Positions 38,842 to 51,372 of a DNA stretch of 64,000 nucleotides are shown here, in pieces. The stretch lies in NCBI GenBank assembly GCA_038087875.1, contig CM076000.1:496001-560000 (forward strand), written 5' to 3'. The translations under genes were made by a program, and so were the position numbers. How positions within the stretch are numbered: the stretch's first letter is position 1; every line of letters begins with the position of its first letter. The stretch is from Malacoraja senta (lineage: Eukaryota). The notes beneath the pieces were generated by a model. That model ran no database searches, was not told the origin of the DNA, and was given only the letters and a program-made list of their open reading frames with translations.

Positions 38842-40500
38842 AACATTCGTCAAGCATTTCTGATTCCCTAGTCCTATAATTTTGTGTATTAGATTTAACA
38901 TAATCTCTAAGTTGTAGATATCTGAAAAAATTATTTGAGTGAAGTCCGTAGATCTGTTGTAACTCCTGAAATGAAAAAAAAAGTGCCTTTCCTATAAAGA
39001 TGTCCCATCTTTTTAATTCCATAATTTTTCCATTGTGTGAAACCTTTATCCAATATGGAAGGTATAAATAAAGGATTGTTTACAATGGGAAAATAAAGTG
39101 ATATATTATCCAATTTTAAAGCCTTTTTTAATTATTTCCAGATTCGTATACCACTATGTATTATAGGGTTTTCCCTATAGGTTTTTTTGTGCAATTTTGT
39201 GGGAGCAAACATAATCGCACCAATTTCAAAAGGCAAACAGTCTTCCTTTTCCATCCTTAGCCAATCTGGTTGCTCATCCATTTCTTCCAGCCAGAAATTC
39301 ATGTTTTTAATATGGACTGCCCAAAAATAAAACAAAAAATTTGGCAAAGCTAAACCTCCATTTATCTTTGATTTATATAAATGTTTTTTGCTTATTCTAT
39401 GATTCTTATAATCCCAGATGAAACTTGTAACAATAGAATCGACAAAAAAAACAACAAACTTTTGGGATATATGTCGGAATTGATTGAAATAGGTACAGTA
39501 ATTGTGGTAAAAAAAAACCCCATTTTTATAGCATTAATTCTACCAAACATTGAAATGGGAAGTGTTTTCCAATACTGAATATTCTTATGTAGTTTATTCA
39601 GTAAAGATGGGAAGTTTAATTTAAATAAAAGAGTATATGTCTTAGTTACATAAATTCCTAAATATATAAATTTTTCCTTAACTATTTTAAAAGGAAATTG
39701 TTGTAGTGTATGTAAATTCAGTTCCGTTATTGGCATGATTTCGCTTTTATTCCAATTAATTCTATATCCCGAAAACTGACCAAATTGAGTTATTAAATTT
39801 AATAGGTTTGGAATGCTAGTTTCTGGCTTTGTAATATATATTAATGCATCATCTGCATATAAAGAGATATTATTCATTGTGTCTTTAGTATTATACCCGT
39901 ATATTTCTGGGTGGGCTCTAACACTTTCTGCCAATGGTTCAATTGCAAGAGCGAATAATAATGGGGATAGCGGGCATCCTTGTCTACAACCTCTAGAAAG
40001 GTTGAATTTAGTTGATCACATTTGGTTTGTTAATATTCTAGCTGTTGAGTTAGAATATAAAAGTTTAACCCATGTACAGTACGTCTCTCCCAATTGAAAT
40101 GTTTCCATCACCGAAAATAAATATGACCATTCTACCTGATCAAATGCTTTTTCAGCATCTAACGAAATAATTGCTAGATCAGCATTAGCTATTCTATTTG
40201 AGTATATAATATTGAAGTCGTCTCAGATTATATAATGAGTAACGTTTTGGAATAAAACCTGTTTGGTCGGGGTGTATTAATTTGTTAATCACTAAACTCA
40301 ATCTATGAGATAGGATTTTAGTTAATATTTTCTGATGAGTATTTAAGAGAGCTATAGCTCTATATGAACCTGGGTCTTCAAGATCCTTATCAGATTTTGG
40401 TATAAGTGTTATTGTAGATTCATTTAAAGTTTCTGGGAGTTTCTGTTGTATAAGCATATTTATACAGTGTCTAAGCGTGGGGAGATCAGATCATAAAATT
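38842..40500 (-). mobile_element. L1-clade LINE ORF2 fragment, AT-rich and frameshifted
   Basis: SYRAIALLN, HPDQTGF, DAEKAFD, CRQGCPLSP, SLYADD, FSGYRINWNKS. Confidence 0.88.
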
Positions 40501-40829
40501 TTGCATCATATTTTTAATGTGCACACACTAACACAGTCGAACAGTAACAGGCAATCAAATCAACACACAAAACATTTTCTAAAAAAATGTTTTATTTACT
40601 GCAAAAATTTACAGTTTTATTTGCAGTGTTTGCATGCTCCTTTATAACATTTTACATAACATTTTACAGTACAACTTGATTATTAAAATAAGGTCAACTT
40701 CAATTCTTGATTTAAAAAAATGTATACAACAATAACCCCAATCATCCCATTCCACCCACTCATTACTCTTGACAACCAAAATTATTTCTGAAATATTGGT
40801 CATAGATTTGGTGCAAAAATGCTCCAAAA

Positions 40830-41020
40830 TAAGGCTCAGAATGCACCAGAGAGCATCTAAAACCCCAGAGCTTTGAGGGCCCTTAAGCGGGCCCTGGATC
40901 CTGGCCGCAAGGGACTTTCTGCTTCACGCTTGTGATATGCGCTGCGTGCACTCATTTCACATAAAAATTTTGTAATCCTGCTATGCCACCCCCCTTTTTG
41001 AAAAGCTTCGTACGGGCCTG
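40830..41020. mobile_element. hAT-like DNA transposon terminus
   Basis: ..ATGCCACCCCCTTTTTGAAAAGCTTCGTACGGGCCTG is close to the reverse complement of the terminus at 58086-58130. Confidence 0.5.
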
Positions 41021-43497
41021 GTGTATAATATTTTTGACACTGTCATAGGCCTTTCTTACATATGCAGTCACAACGCACTGTAGTCTCTAAACAACACTTC
41101 AGTAATTTTCCTTGCCTTCCATTTCAGAATAATACTATTTTAAGCCGATAACTCGACACTAGCACTGGCAATAAGTAAATAAATAAAAAACGCAGATTTC
41201 CAGCCTCTTATCTCATTGGCCACTCTCGGCTGCACATCGGTGTCAATCTGGTGGACTCTTCCATCTTCCTCTAGTCGTGGGGGTGGGGGATTGGGAAGGG
41301 CCTCACAAGTGGAATAGCCTAGGGCCTCTCTTCATCTAAATCCGGCATTGCTTTCACCTTACAGCTATGCCCTCTAGTCTTTGACCATTTCACTTTGAGA
41401 AAAGGGTTCTGACTGTCTACCTTATCTATGCCTCTCATACTTTTATACACTTCTTTCGGGTCTCCTCTCAACCCCCAGCATTCTAGAGAAAATAATCCAA
41501 GTTTGCCAACATCTCCTTGCAGCTAATACCCTCTAATCCCACGAGACAGTTTTCTGGTAAAGCTCTTCTGAACCCTCTCCAAAGTCTCCACATCCTTCCT
41601 GCAATAGGTTACTTGGACTATTCCTTCTGAACACTTTTTAGTTTGGGGGGGAGGGGGTGTTGTGATAGAGTAACAGAAACAAACACCCGGATAATGTTAC
41701 AGTATCAGGTGATATAATTATATCAACGTCTCAACACCCTTAATAATGATATATTAGTGATCAATGCAATGTTCAAAATAAGTCCTCCTCACCATAGAAA
41801 GTAACAAAAATATTTCAATGGAATCTTCTTGGGTTTGTTTCATACAGTTTAAGAATAGTGTTCTTATAGAGGAATAGACGGACAGGAGGAGTTTAACTAC
41901 TCCTAACTACCTTAATAATAAAGGTATTTAAAGCAATGAAAACACTTATTTAGTCCACATGCAAAATTCATGCTTTACAAGCCTCTTATCACCCTGTTTA
42001 TCAAATCACATTCTTCTAGTCTTTGCCCACACATTTACATATTTTTCCTCGTGAATGCATCTGTGTTATTTGCCTCAGCTACTCCCGTGAAAGCAAGTTC
42101 CACATTCACATGAGGTCATCAATTCTATCATATTGATGTTGGCAAAATCTTGATTTATTAACTCTCTCTTTCTAGTTTTCTGCTTTGTAATAATATGGAC
42201 CTAAATGCTTATCCTGGTAATTTTTAAATGTGCTGAGCGTTACAGCTTTCTCCGGCCTTATAACCAGCAAGTTTCAGATCACGGTATTTGGGTATAAAAG
42301 TTAAAATTCTCCATATCCCTCTAACCCTTTAACCAATTAATTAAATCTCTTTACCAATCTCTTGTTCAACATTCCTGTTATTATCTGGCTCTTTCATAAT
42401 TCAACCAAATCAAATCTCCACAGTTTCTTTTAATCCAAAGAAAGCAGCCCTAAACTATCTGGTTTTGTCCTTTAACCATAATTCTACAGTCCTTGCACCA
42501 TTTTCATAAATGTCTTCTGTACTATGGTTGCCATAGCATTCCAGTAAAAAAGGGATAGGTTATGAGTGGGGCTAAAAGCCTTGCTGTTTAACATGAGATC
42601 TTTGGTATGGAACAAAGGGCCAAATGTTCCCTTTAACTATACACTATTAATCATGTACTTTGATGAGATTAAGAAAGTGAAAGAGGAACAAGAAAATGTA
42701 ATACAATATCCACCAGTTACACATCCTAATTAATTTGCTGTCCACAAGGGTTGTGAACACTGTATGGTCTCAAGACATAGGAAAGCAAGAATGTGTTACC
42801 AGAGCAGAGTTGTAGTTAGTTGACCACCCTGCTCTTATCTTGTCTCAGCTAATAAAGGCAAGTATTTCAATTGCTACTGATCCACCTTCTATACTTCTTC
42901 CTGCTATTGGAATGCTGGAAACATTCCATTTGTCATTCCTCAGCCCACTTGCCAACTGATCTCGCTGTGATTCTTGGTAACTATTGTCACTGTCTGAGAT
43001 GCCATCTATTTTAATGCCTTGTCACCCATTCAGCCACATTCTCTAATATCTATAATATCCTCTATAATGTCAGCCTTCTGAGCTCCATGGAATAAAGTGC
43101 TAGCTTGCCCAACCGTTCCCTCTAGCTCAGGCCTTCGAGTCCTGGCAACATCCTCATAAATCTTTTCTGCACTCTTCCCAGCTTAATGGCATCTTTCCTA
43201 TAGCATAACTGACCACAATACTCTAAGAACAATCACCTAAACCTTCCTATTATTGGAAATGTGTTCTAATGTGGGGAAAAAATGCAGCTGTTTGTTAAAA
43301 TTGAATAAAGGTTTCAGAGGGCATTTTTCATGACTAGTTACAGCTGATCATCATGTGGGGTTGCAATTGCATCCAGTGCAGGAAGTCCTTTTCTAAAGAA
43401 CATTAATAAATTAATAGGTTTCTTTTTTAATGATAAAGGTTTCTATTTTATTTTTATGTAAAATGTTTTTTTACAATTTTAAATCAAATGTGCTAAC

Positions 43498-43776
43498 TGT
43501 GGCGTCACCTGATGGTCAGACCACTTACGGTCGAACCCGCATCAGTGGTTACGAGGGCTGTCACGTGACATCATGGGTTAAGGGGAGTGTCCTAGTACTT
43601 AAGCAGATCTCACCTGGAGATCATGAGTCGACAGGTAGCTGAGCTCGAGACAACGCCCTTGCTTGCTCAGCTGCAGCAGCAATGACAATTTGTTAGAGGA
43701 CCAAACGTGTATGTATTTCGAACCTATTATGTCTGAATAAAGCAACTGTTTATCCACCACGTTTGGTGCCGCTACA
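43498..43776 (+). mobile_element. Solo LTR with 4-bp target-site duplication
   Basis: TGTGGCG...CGCTACA termini; TAAC on both sides (43494-43497, 43777-43780); internal AATAAA. Confidence 0.88.
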
Positions 43777-44281
43777 TAACTGCCATTTGCGTTCTTGGGA
43801 TATAAAAATCATTATCAAGAGAGCTGGACTGAATAAGTAGTTATCTCATGAAATGATGGAAGATTTGTTACCTCAGATTTAAAAAAAATCTGTTTTCTTC
43901 CTGATAATAAATTAATGAATTCTTAAACACGAGTACAGTTAATTATAATAAATCAGCACAAATGTTTTATTTTTCTCTGAATAAGATAAACCAATTCATC
44001 TTAAGACTTAAACTGCTATAAAGAATTGAACCTGAAATACAGAATTAGAAATTGTTCTGTGCACAAACAATTGCTTAAAGTTAATATTATTTTATTTATA
44101 ATATTATTGCCTTCAAGTGCCATTGTGTTCCTGTGGTTTAATATTTCCTCTTAACAAATGAAGTGATGCAGAATTTTAAAATTCTACATTAAAAAAGACG
44201 TGCAATAATTATAATCCAAAACTTCTGACTAAAAACATTATGAAAATGGTGTATATAAACGTACTAATTTCTGCATTTTAG

Positions 44282-44418
44282 AAGGAAAATACCACGAACA
44301 GATCAAAATTCCAGATGATGCTACGGGGTTTTGTTATGAACAATTGTTCAAACCGTACTTGGATTCATTTGTTACTGAGGTCTGGGTGGAAGATCCATAC
44401 ATCAGGCATGTCCACCAG
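44282..44418 (+). CDS. MITD1: MITD1 coding exon (exon 3 equivalent), 137 bp
   Basis: [45 protein letters not shown] matches the start of the MITD1 PLD-like C-terminal domain; tag / gtgata. Not in the ORF track. Confidence 0.95.
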
Positions 44419-44813
44419 GTGATAATTATTCCACTGCGCTATTGGAATGCTTTGTTGATTGGTTTTGCCTTAATTTGTAAACAAGATCACTGATTTTATT
44501 TTTATTAAAGACAAAGGCCACTACTTTCATGACAATGGGTGTTCAGAAAAGTTATTGTTGGTATTACAGTTTTCCCCACATTTACCAGACATTGAGATTA
44601 TATAGGTAAATGTAATTGACAATGTTATCTCAATTACTGTTAAATGAAAGCAATTGAAGTTTCCAATTGTTGAATAGCAGTCCCAATTTAAATGTTTTAT
44701 AAATATTCAAATATGTTGAGATAATGAAGTGAATTTGTATACTGAAGCACACCAATAATGCAAAAAAAATAACAACCTATAAAAACTATACTCATTTTAT
44801 GCCTTTTTTTAAG

Positions 44814-44897
44814 GTGTACAACTTCTTGAAATTCTGCGAGATGCTTATAAAAGGACCTTGCAGTGTGAAAACTATCCATCTGCTGACTTCACTTGAT
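44814..44897 (+). CDS. MITD1: MITD1 coding exon (exon 4 equivalent), 84 bp
   Basis: [28 protein letters not shown]; aag / gtatgt. Confidence 0.94.
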
Positions 44898-45673
44898 GTA
44901 TGTAATTTATAGTGAATCATCATATTACTGTTAGAAGGCCAGATTGTTCATTGCAAGGCAGTAACAAATTCAGTATAAGAATTAAAGCTAGAATGCTGCA
45001 GATACATTATTAAAAGTGTTAATAATACTAACATGGAGTTGAACAATTCATTTACTATATATTCAATGTGCCTCCTGGTTTTTGGAATCAGATATTCACA
45101 CTAATAATTTTTCGGATATACTTCTATGTTGAAATAGCTAAAGTTATGATGTGCATAATGTGAAATTTCCTAAGGGGTAAAGTTTCAGCAGTGAAGAATT
45201 GGCAGTGGACATTTAGCTGTGTTTCTTTAGAGATACACAGCTGTCAGAAGACCCAAGAACACATCTTGTCTTTTAGCCATACTGTGTAAACCCCCCGAGT
45301 TAAATAGCCCTTTACCCAGTCATTAAACTACCCAAAAGGCTGGACATCATTCAAAAAGTTTTAAACGTAGTTTGCATAATTAATATGACAGTAGGAGCAC
45401 CTTACCTATTTTTGTATGTTACCTATCGGCCAATTTTATAAGGGATAGAATCTTACAGCAGATTGTTCATGTCTTCAGTTATGGTGTATGAATACCGTAA
45501 AAGGAAGAAAAAATGTCTTAAGGAGATGCCAAAAGTTATTGGATAGTTATATTCATATGATTTTAAGTTTGATTTATAGGAAACTTGCGCGATGTATTGC
45601 TGATGATATTTCTACCACATTTATAGTTAGAAACTTTGATACATCTTTTATTTCACCATTCTATTCAATTTAG

Positions 45674-45789
45674 AATGCTGGTAATGCGCAGCAGACCAGT
45701 GGCCTTGAGGAAATAAAACAGTCATTGCAGAGTTACAATATAACGTTGGAGGTGATATTCTCCTCTTCAATACACGATCGAGAAATCAG
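45674..45789 (+). CDS. MITD1: MITD1 coding exon (exon 5 equivalent), 116 bp
   Basis: [38 protein letters not shown](R); tag / gtaact. Confidence 0.94.
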
Positions 45790-47275
45790 GTAACTTAGAT
45801 GTAGAGGTTTTTTTAAGCTTAAGATATTACTCATTTATCGTTTCTAGTGTTATTTAGCTGTTGTCTGCAGGTTTTGTTCACATATCTTAGCATTCTTTAT
45901 TTGTCATTTGAGACAATGGTGAAAGCATTCTGCATTTGTACCTTCAAAGTGGCTACTAACATCTAGATTTGTGTAAGAGTAATTAAAATGTTGGTCCTGC
46001 CTTTTCCTCTTTTTAACACAAATTTGCATTTATATAGCATTTGAAATGACATAAAATGAAAATAAAATGATGCAATATGGTAAAATGGATTGTTCAGTTT
46101 AATATTGTCACATGTACAGAGGGAAAGTGAAAAGCTTTAGTTTGCGTTCTATCCAGGCAAAGACTATACATGATTACAATCAAGCAGTCCACAGTGTGCT
46201 CATTGTATTAGATTAAAAGCTGATGGAATTAGATTTCCAAATGACTTTTACAAAGGAATTAGGTACTAGAAAAAAGTGTCATGGGTGTAGTAGAAAAGTG
46301 AAAGTAACTGGTTTGCTTAATGATGAAGAGAATTTGATGGACCAAATGTTTTCCTGCAATATTGCACTATTGTAGAGTCCAATACACATTATGTATCTGC
46401 AAAGACGTAGCTACCATGATTCAACCTTTTATCCATTCAGAAACCATAGCTGCCATCTGGAAGGCATGCACAAAATTAACACCCACTACATCAGCTGACG
46501 TTGTATTCCAAAGGCTGAAACAGGAAAATAGGAGCACTATTTATTCCTTTTAATCGTGTATAGACCACATATCAGATCATGTTAGTAAACAGTAAAATAC
46601 AAAGAAAGTCAGACAGATATAAAAAACAATGTTAACATTTCAGATTGATTACGTATGAGCAAAACATTATGATGAAAGGTCATTACCTGAAGCTTTAATC
46701 TTAGTTCTTTCTACAACATGCTCACAGTCTTATGCGTTTCATTAGTTTCAGTTTATACAATTATGTAAATAGACTAAGGTCCTTGAGTGCAAGTAAGGTT
46801 CTTTAAACTCTCCAATGGATACTAAAACCATTCAGAGTACTGATATCTGACCAATCTGTAACCTTATTTAGTTACCTTAATACATTGATTTTAGCTAATT
46901 TTCTCTACATTAAATAGATTTTTCATTTCTGTGCAAGTAATAGCTAGATGTAATCCACATGTTGCTTCCATTCTTCCTAATCCATTCAAGCTTTTACACT
47001 GAAATGAGAACATACTAAAAGTTAAATGTCCCAAACTATGAATTGTAGAAATGTAAAACTGCTTCAATAGAATGTGAATGATATATTTACAGATGTTTCT
47101 TCGTTCTATTTTTTGAGTATAAAACCTTTTTTACAACTAATGTTTTAACATTCTTGTGCAAATTATTATATTTCTATAATCCTCATGAGTACATTCATTT
47201 ATGTTTAGCAATTCATTTTAGAAAACTGCCTTTTAAAAAATATGTTTGTAATTGTAACATTTTGATTCATGACAG

Positions 47276-47336
47276 ATTCAACAATGGGTGGATAATCAAG
47301 ATTGGAAGAGGATTAGATTACTTTAAAAAAACACAG
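47276..47336 (+). CDS. MITD1: MITD1 coding exon (exon 6 equivalent), 61 bp
   Basis: [20 protein letters not shown]; cag / gtttgt. Confidence 0.95.
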
Positions 47337-47754
47337 GTTTGTTTTTTGAAGGATGAGATAATTCTACATCATCAGAGATGAAATTGTGAAAAATGTAACA
47401 GGTGGTTTAGTTGCAAAAACTTCCGTTTATTTCTGTCCCCCTATAATGTCCCCATTTTCCTGCCGCATCCAGTACAGCCACAGGAGATTAGCAGCAGGAA
47501 AGCAAAGTTCCTGGAAGAACAGCTTTGCCTTCTCTGCAAACTTATTTCTGGTTGCTTTTGAGATGATTGGTGTGATTTCAAGTCCCATGATAGACTGGGG
47601 GAAAACTCACTCTCCAGTTGTACCTTGATGTTCATTACTAACAAGACATTAATGGCGGCAGGTCAGGTAATGGTCAGAAACATGGAGTAAGGGAAATCTG
47701 AATATAACCTGGTCCTAAAATGTTTGAATTATCAATATGCACTCTTGAAAGTAA

Positions 47755-49636
47755 TGGGCCTGTCCCACTTAGGCGACTTTTTAGGCGACTGCAGGAGACT
47801 ATGCAGTCGCCACATGGTCGCCACATGTTCACGGGGTAGTTGCCGGGGAGTCGTCTTCATGGTCGCGAGGAGTTCCTGCATTCTGGGAACTAGTCGCGGC
47901 CTCATTATGGTCACCGCGAATTTTTCAACATGTTGAAAAATTAGCGGTGACTAGAATGAAGCCGCCATGGAGAGTAGCGAGAATTCTCGTGCCGTAGGTG
48001 GGTCGCCAGGAGGACAAAGGTTCTCGGAGGTTCTTGTAGGTTGTCGCTGGTGCTGACCGGTGAATTTCATTGGCTCATTGGGGAAAAAAAGGTAAGCAGT
48101 AGTTTTCAGAACCAAGGATAACCGACTGGTAATGTCCGCCGAGCTTCACAGCCGTGTATCTCTGGCTTATTAAAAGTTGTCTCCACTCCTTCTCCCCCCG
48201 CCCCCCCTTTTTAAAGGACTTACCGTACACTGTGCTAGCTGTCTTAATTACAGCGCCAACCTTCCTGTTCATCGCGGTGTGTGTCTGTAACACCTTGGTT
48301 TTGCACTGTGTGAATTTTTTTAGACAGCGCTCACCCTGTCCCCCGCCTGCATAACGGGCTGGTGAAGGAAGGTGTGTGTCTGTGTGTGTGTGTCTGTCTG
48401 TCTGTCTGTGTGTGTGTGTGTGCTGGGACAATTGCATCGTTCCAGTTGCTTACAACCAGAATCAGAATCAGATTTTATTCGCCAAGTATGTTTTGCAACA
48501 TACGAGGAATTTCACTGGCCAGGTCAGTCATACAATTAAAAGCAACAGACTCAAAAACACATTTTAACATGAACATCCACCACAGTGACACAGTTCCAGG
48601 CGTTGAGTCCACACCTGGAACCGTGGATACAGTAGATGAGGCTGGAGGAGGTGCAAGTGAACCTCTGCCTCACCTGAAAGGACTGTCGGGGTCCTTGGAC
48701 AGATTCGAGGGAGGAGGTCTAGGGACAGGTGTTGCATCTCCTGCGGGTTGCAGGGGAAAGTACCTGGGGAGGAGGTGGTTTGGGTGTGAAGGGATTCCCC
48801 TCTGGCCCCTCACCCTGTATATCAGCTATTTTTTCTCAGAATTTTGCCCTGATGCAGGGTCTCAACCCGAAACACCGAACATTCCTTTGCCTTCACAGAT
48901 ACTACTTAACACGCTCTGTTCCAGCAGTTTAGTTTTTGCTGAAATAGCTTCTTATTGCATATTAATTCACCTCTCAAGAGTTTGCTTACAACATAAGATT
49001 GAAAGAGGGAGCTTCATCCTTCCGTAAAAGAACAACCTGACAGCCTAAGGGAATATTATTGGCACAGAGTCAATCAGGCCATACAGCAATGACTTAAATT
49101 GCGATCAAAATATAACTTTAAGAAAGCAAATTTACATCGCCTGTCCGCCATCTTACATTAATGGGAAAGACTATTCAAAACCAACTTAAATAAATGAAGC
49201 CATGAAAGTAATACAGATCTTTAACAGTTAACTGGATCAACAAAGGCAGTAATTGTAGTGTAAAATATTCCTCTCACTTGGAAGCCAGGGAGACCTAGCA
49301 CAATTTAGGACATGCTGAACATTTTTCAACAGAAGAAAATACGATGAAAGACTTTGATTAATTAGATGTTTAATGTTTATTCTATGTGTATAATTAATAG
49401 AGGAATAAAGCAAAGAGCAATCTACTGAAGTAGTTATATTTTGTAATGCTGCAAGAGACTCTTACTTTAAAGAGTGCATATTGATAATTCACCCCCACAT
49501 AAAACAAACCGAAGAACATAAAAACAAACTTTTAACAGATGCTAAAAATAGCAAAAAGGTGAAAAAACGAACAGACTGCCGGCAGGGCTGGCCATCTCCC
49601 CTGGTGGTCAACGTTCCAGTTGCTGGGACAGGCCCA
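47755..49636. mobile_element. PIF/Harbinger-type non-autonomous element carrying nested inserts
   Basis: Perfect 13-bp TIR TGGGCCTGTCCCA (47755-47767 / 49624-49636), same TIR family as 6977-7442; preceded by TAA. Confidence 0.75.
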
Positions 49637-50540
49637 TCCTAAAATGTTTGAATTATCAATATGCACTCTTTAAAGTAAGGGTCTCTTGCAGCATTACAAA
49701 ATATAACTACTTCAGTAGATTGCTCTTTGCTTTATTCCTCTATTAATTATACACATAGAATAAACATTAAACATCTAATTAATCAAAGTCTTTCATCGTA
49801 TTTTCTTCTGTTGAAAAATGTTCAGCATGTCCTAAATTGTGCTAGGTCTCCCTGGCTTCCAAGTGAGAGGAATATTTTACACTACAATTACTGCCTTTGT
49901 TGATCCAGTTAACTGTTAAAGATCTGTATTACTTTCATGGCTTCATTTATTTAAGTTGGTTTTGAATAGTCTTTCCCATTAATGTAAGATGGCGGACAGG
50001 CGATGTAAATTTGCTTTCTTAAAGTTATATTTTGATCGCAATTTAAGTCATTGCTGTATGGCCTGATTGACTCTGTGCCAATAATATTCCCTTAGGCTGT
50101 CAGGTTGTTCTTTTACGGAAGGATGAAGCTCCCTCTTTCAATCTTATGTAGTAAGCAAACTCTTGAGAGGTGAATTAATATGCAATAAGAAGCTATTTCA
50201 GCAAAAACTAAACTGCTGGAACAGACCGTGTTAAGTAGTATCTGTGAAGGCAAAGGAATGTTCGGTGTTTTGGGTTGAGACCCTGCATCAGGGCAAAATT
50301 CTGAGAAAAAATAGCTGATATACAGGGTGAGGGGCCAGAGGGGAATCCCTTCACACCCAAACCACCTCCTCCCCAGGTACTTTCCCCTGCAACCCACAGG
50401 AGATGCAACACCTGTCCCTATACCTCCTCCCTCGAATCTGTCCAAGGACCCCGACAGTCCTTTCAGGTGAGGCAGAGGTTCACTTGCACCTCCTCCAGCC
50501 TCATCTACTGTATCCACGGTTCCAGGTGTGGACTCAACGC
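48600..50540. repeat. 892-bp inverted repeat (48600-49491 / 49649-50540) with 157-bp spacer
   Basis: Arms are equal-length reverse complements with only about six substitutions noticed by eye; mirrored ORFs in the track confirm it. Confidence 0.97.
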
Positions 50541-50931
50541 AAATTAGAGGAACGGCACCTCATATTTCGTTTGGGCAGCTTACAACTCAGCAGTATGAAT
50601 ATTGACTTCTTTAACTTCAAGGAATCCTTGCTTTCCCTCTCTCTCCATCTCTCCCCCAACCTACTTCTCCGACTAGTTTCATTGTCTTCCAGATTAAAAT
50701 TTACTGATTGTATGCTTCGTTGTCACCTCCCCCTCAACTAACAATGATCCATTCTACAATTTCTTGATTATCGTCCCCTTTGATCTCTTGTTTTCACACC
50801 TTACCCTTCCATATCTTTATCTCCCTCTCTCCTGACTCTGAAGGGTCTGAAGAAGGGCCTCGACCCGAAATGTCACCCATTCCTTCTCTCCTGTCCTCTC
50901 CTGAGTTACTCCAGCATTTTGTGTCTATCTT
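50340..50931 (+). mobile_element. Degenerate Penelope-like element 3' part
   Basis: RKLEERHLIFRLGSLQLSSMNIDF (GIY-YIG C-terminus), pyrimidine-rich UTR and a hammerhead-like motif at 50847-50874. Confidence 0.8.
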
Positions 50932-51146
50932 AGGTTACAATTCATACACAACATGAACGTTTATGGATGCAGCTTTCAATATTTCTGTATAAGCTGGCAG
51001 TCATACACATGAAAAATTCAACCAAGAGGTCTAAATATAAATTAGGAAGTCCAAACTATATCAGTAGTGTACTGTAAAATATGTGTTTCACTTTTTTTTA
51101 AATGACATAAACAATGCTCCCAATCATTTTCACCTTTTGTCTCCAG

Positions 51147-51242
51147 GGCCGATTTTCCATTGGTTACTGTGATTTTGACCTGAGACATTGTCACGAAACT
51201 ACAGTAGACATTTTCCATATCAAGCATACAAAGAATACATAG
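51147..51242 (+). CDS. MITD1: MITD1 last coding exon with stop codon
   Basis: [31 protein letters not shown] then TAG; pyrimidine-rich ctccag acceptor. Confidence 0.96.
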   Translation, partial: GRFSIGYCDFDLRHCHETTVDIFHIKHTKNT

Positions 51243-51312
51243 CTTGGAGCAATGACGATTCAGATTATTTTATTACTATTATGTTATGTCACTGATACTT
51301 TAGATATTTTGT

Positions 51313-51372
51313 AATAAAGTTACTATTACTTGAATGCTTGGCACACTGAACTTGAGTGTTATCAAAAATAAA
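51313..51372 (+). terminator. Candidate MITD1 polyadenylation signals
   Basis: AATAAA at 51313-51318 and 51367-51372, 70-130 nt after the stop codon. Confidence 0.55.

Noticed and set aside
38582..39022. ORFs spanning N runs (also 59594-60011)
   Set aside because: Artefacts of translating assembly gaps.
42640..42705. Lys/Glu-rich stretch (DEIKKVKEEQEN) as a possible MITD1 exon 2
   Set aside because: No YMDRAE-like motif, no convincing acceptor and no extended upstream similarity.
48362..49027. 221-aa ORF and its 134-aa mirror at 50113-50517 as a duplicated gene
   Set aside because: Chimeric reading across a microsatellite, a retroposon tail and antisense Penelope sequence; the mirror is explained by the inverted repeat.
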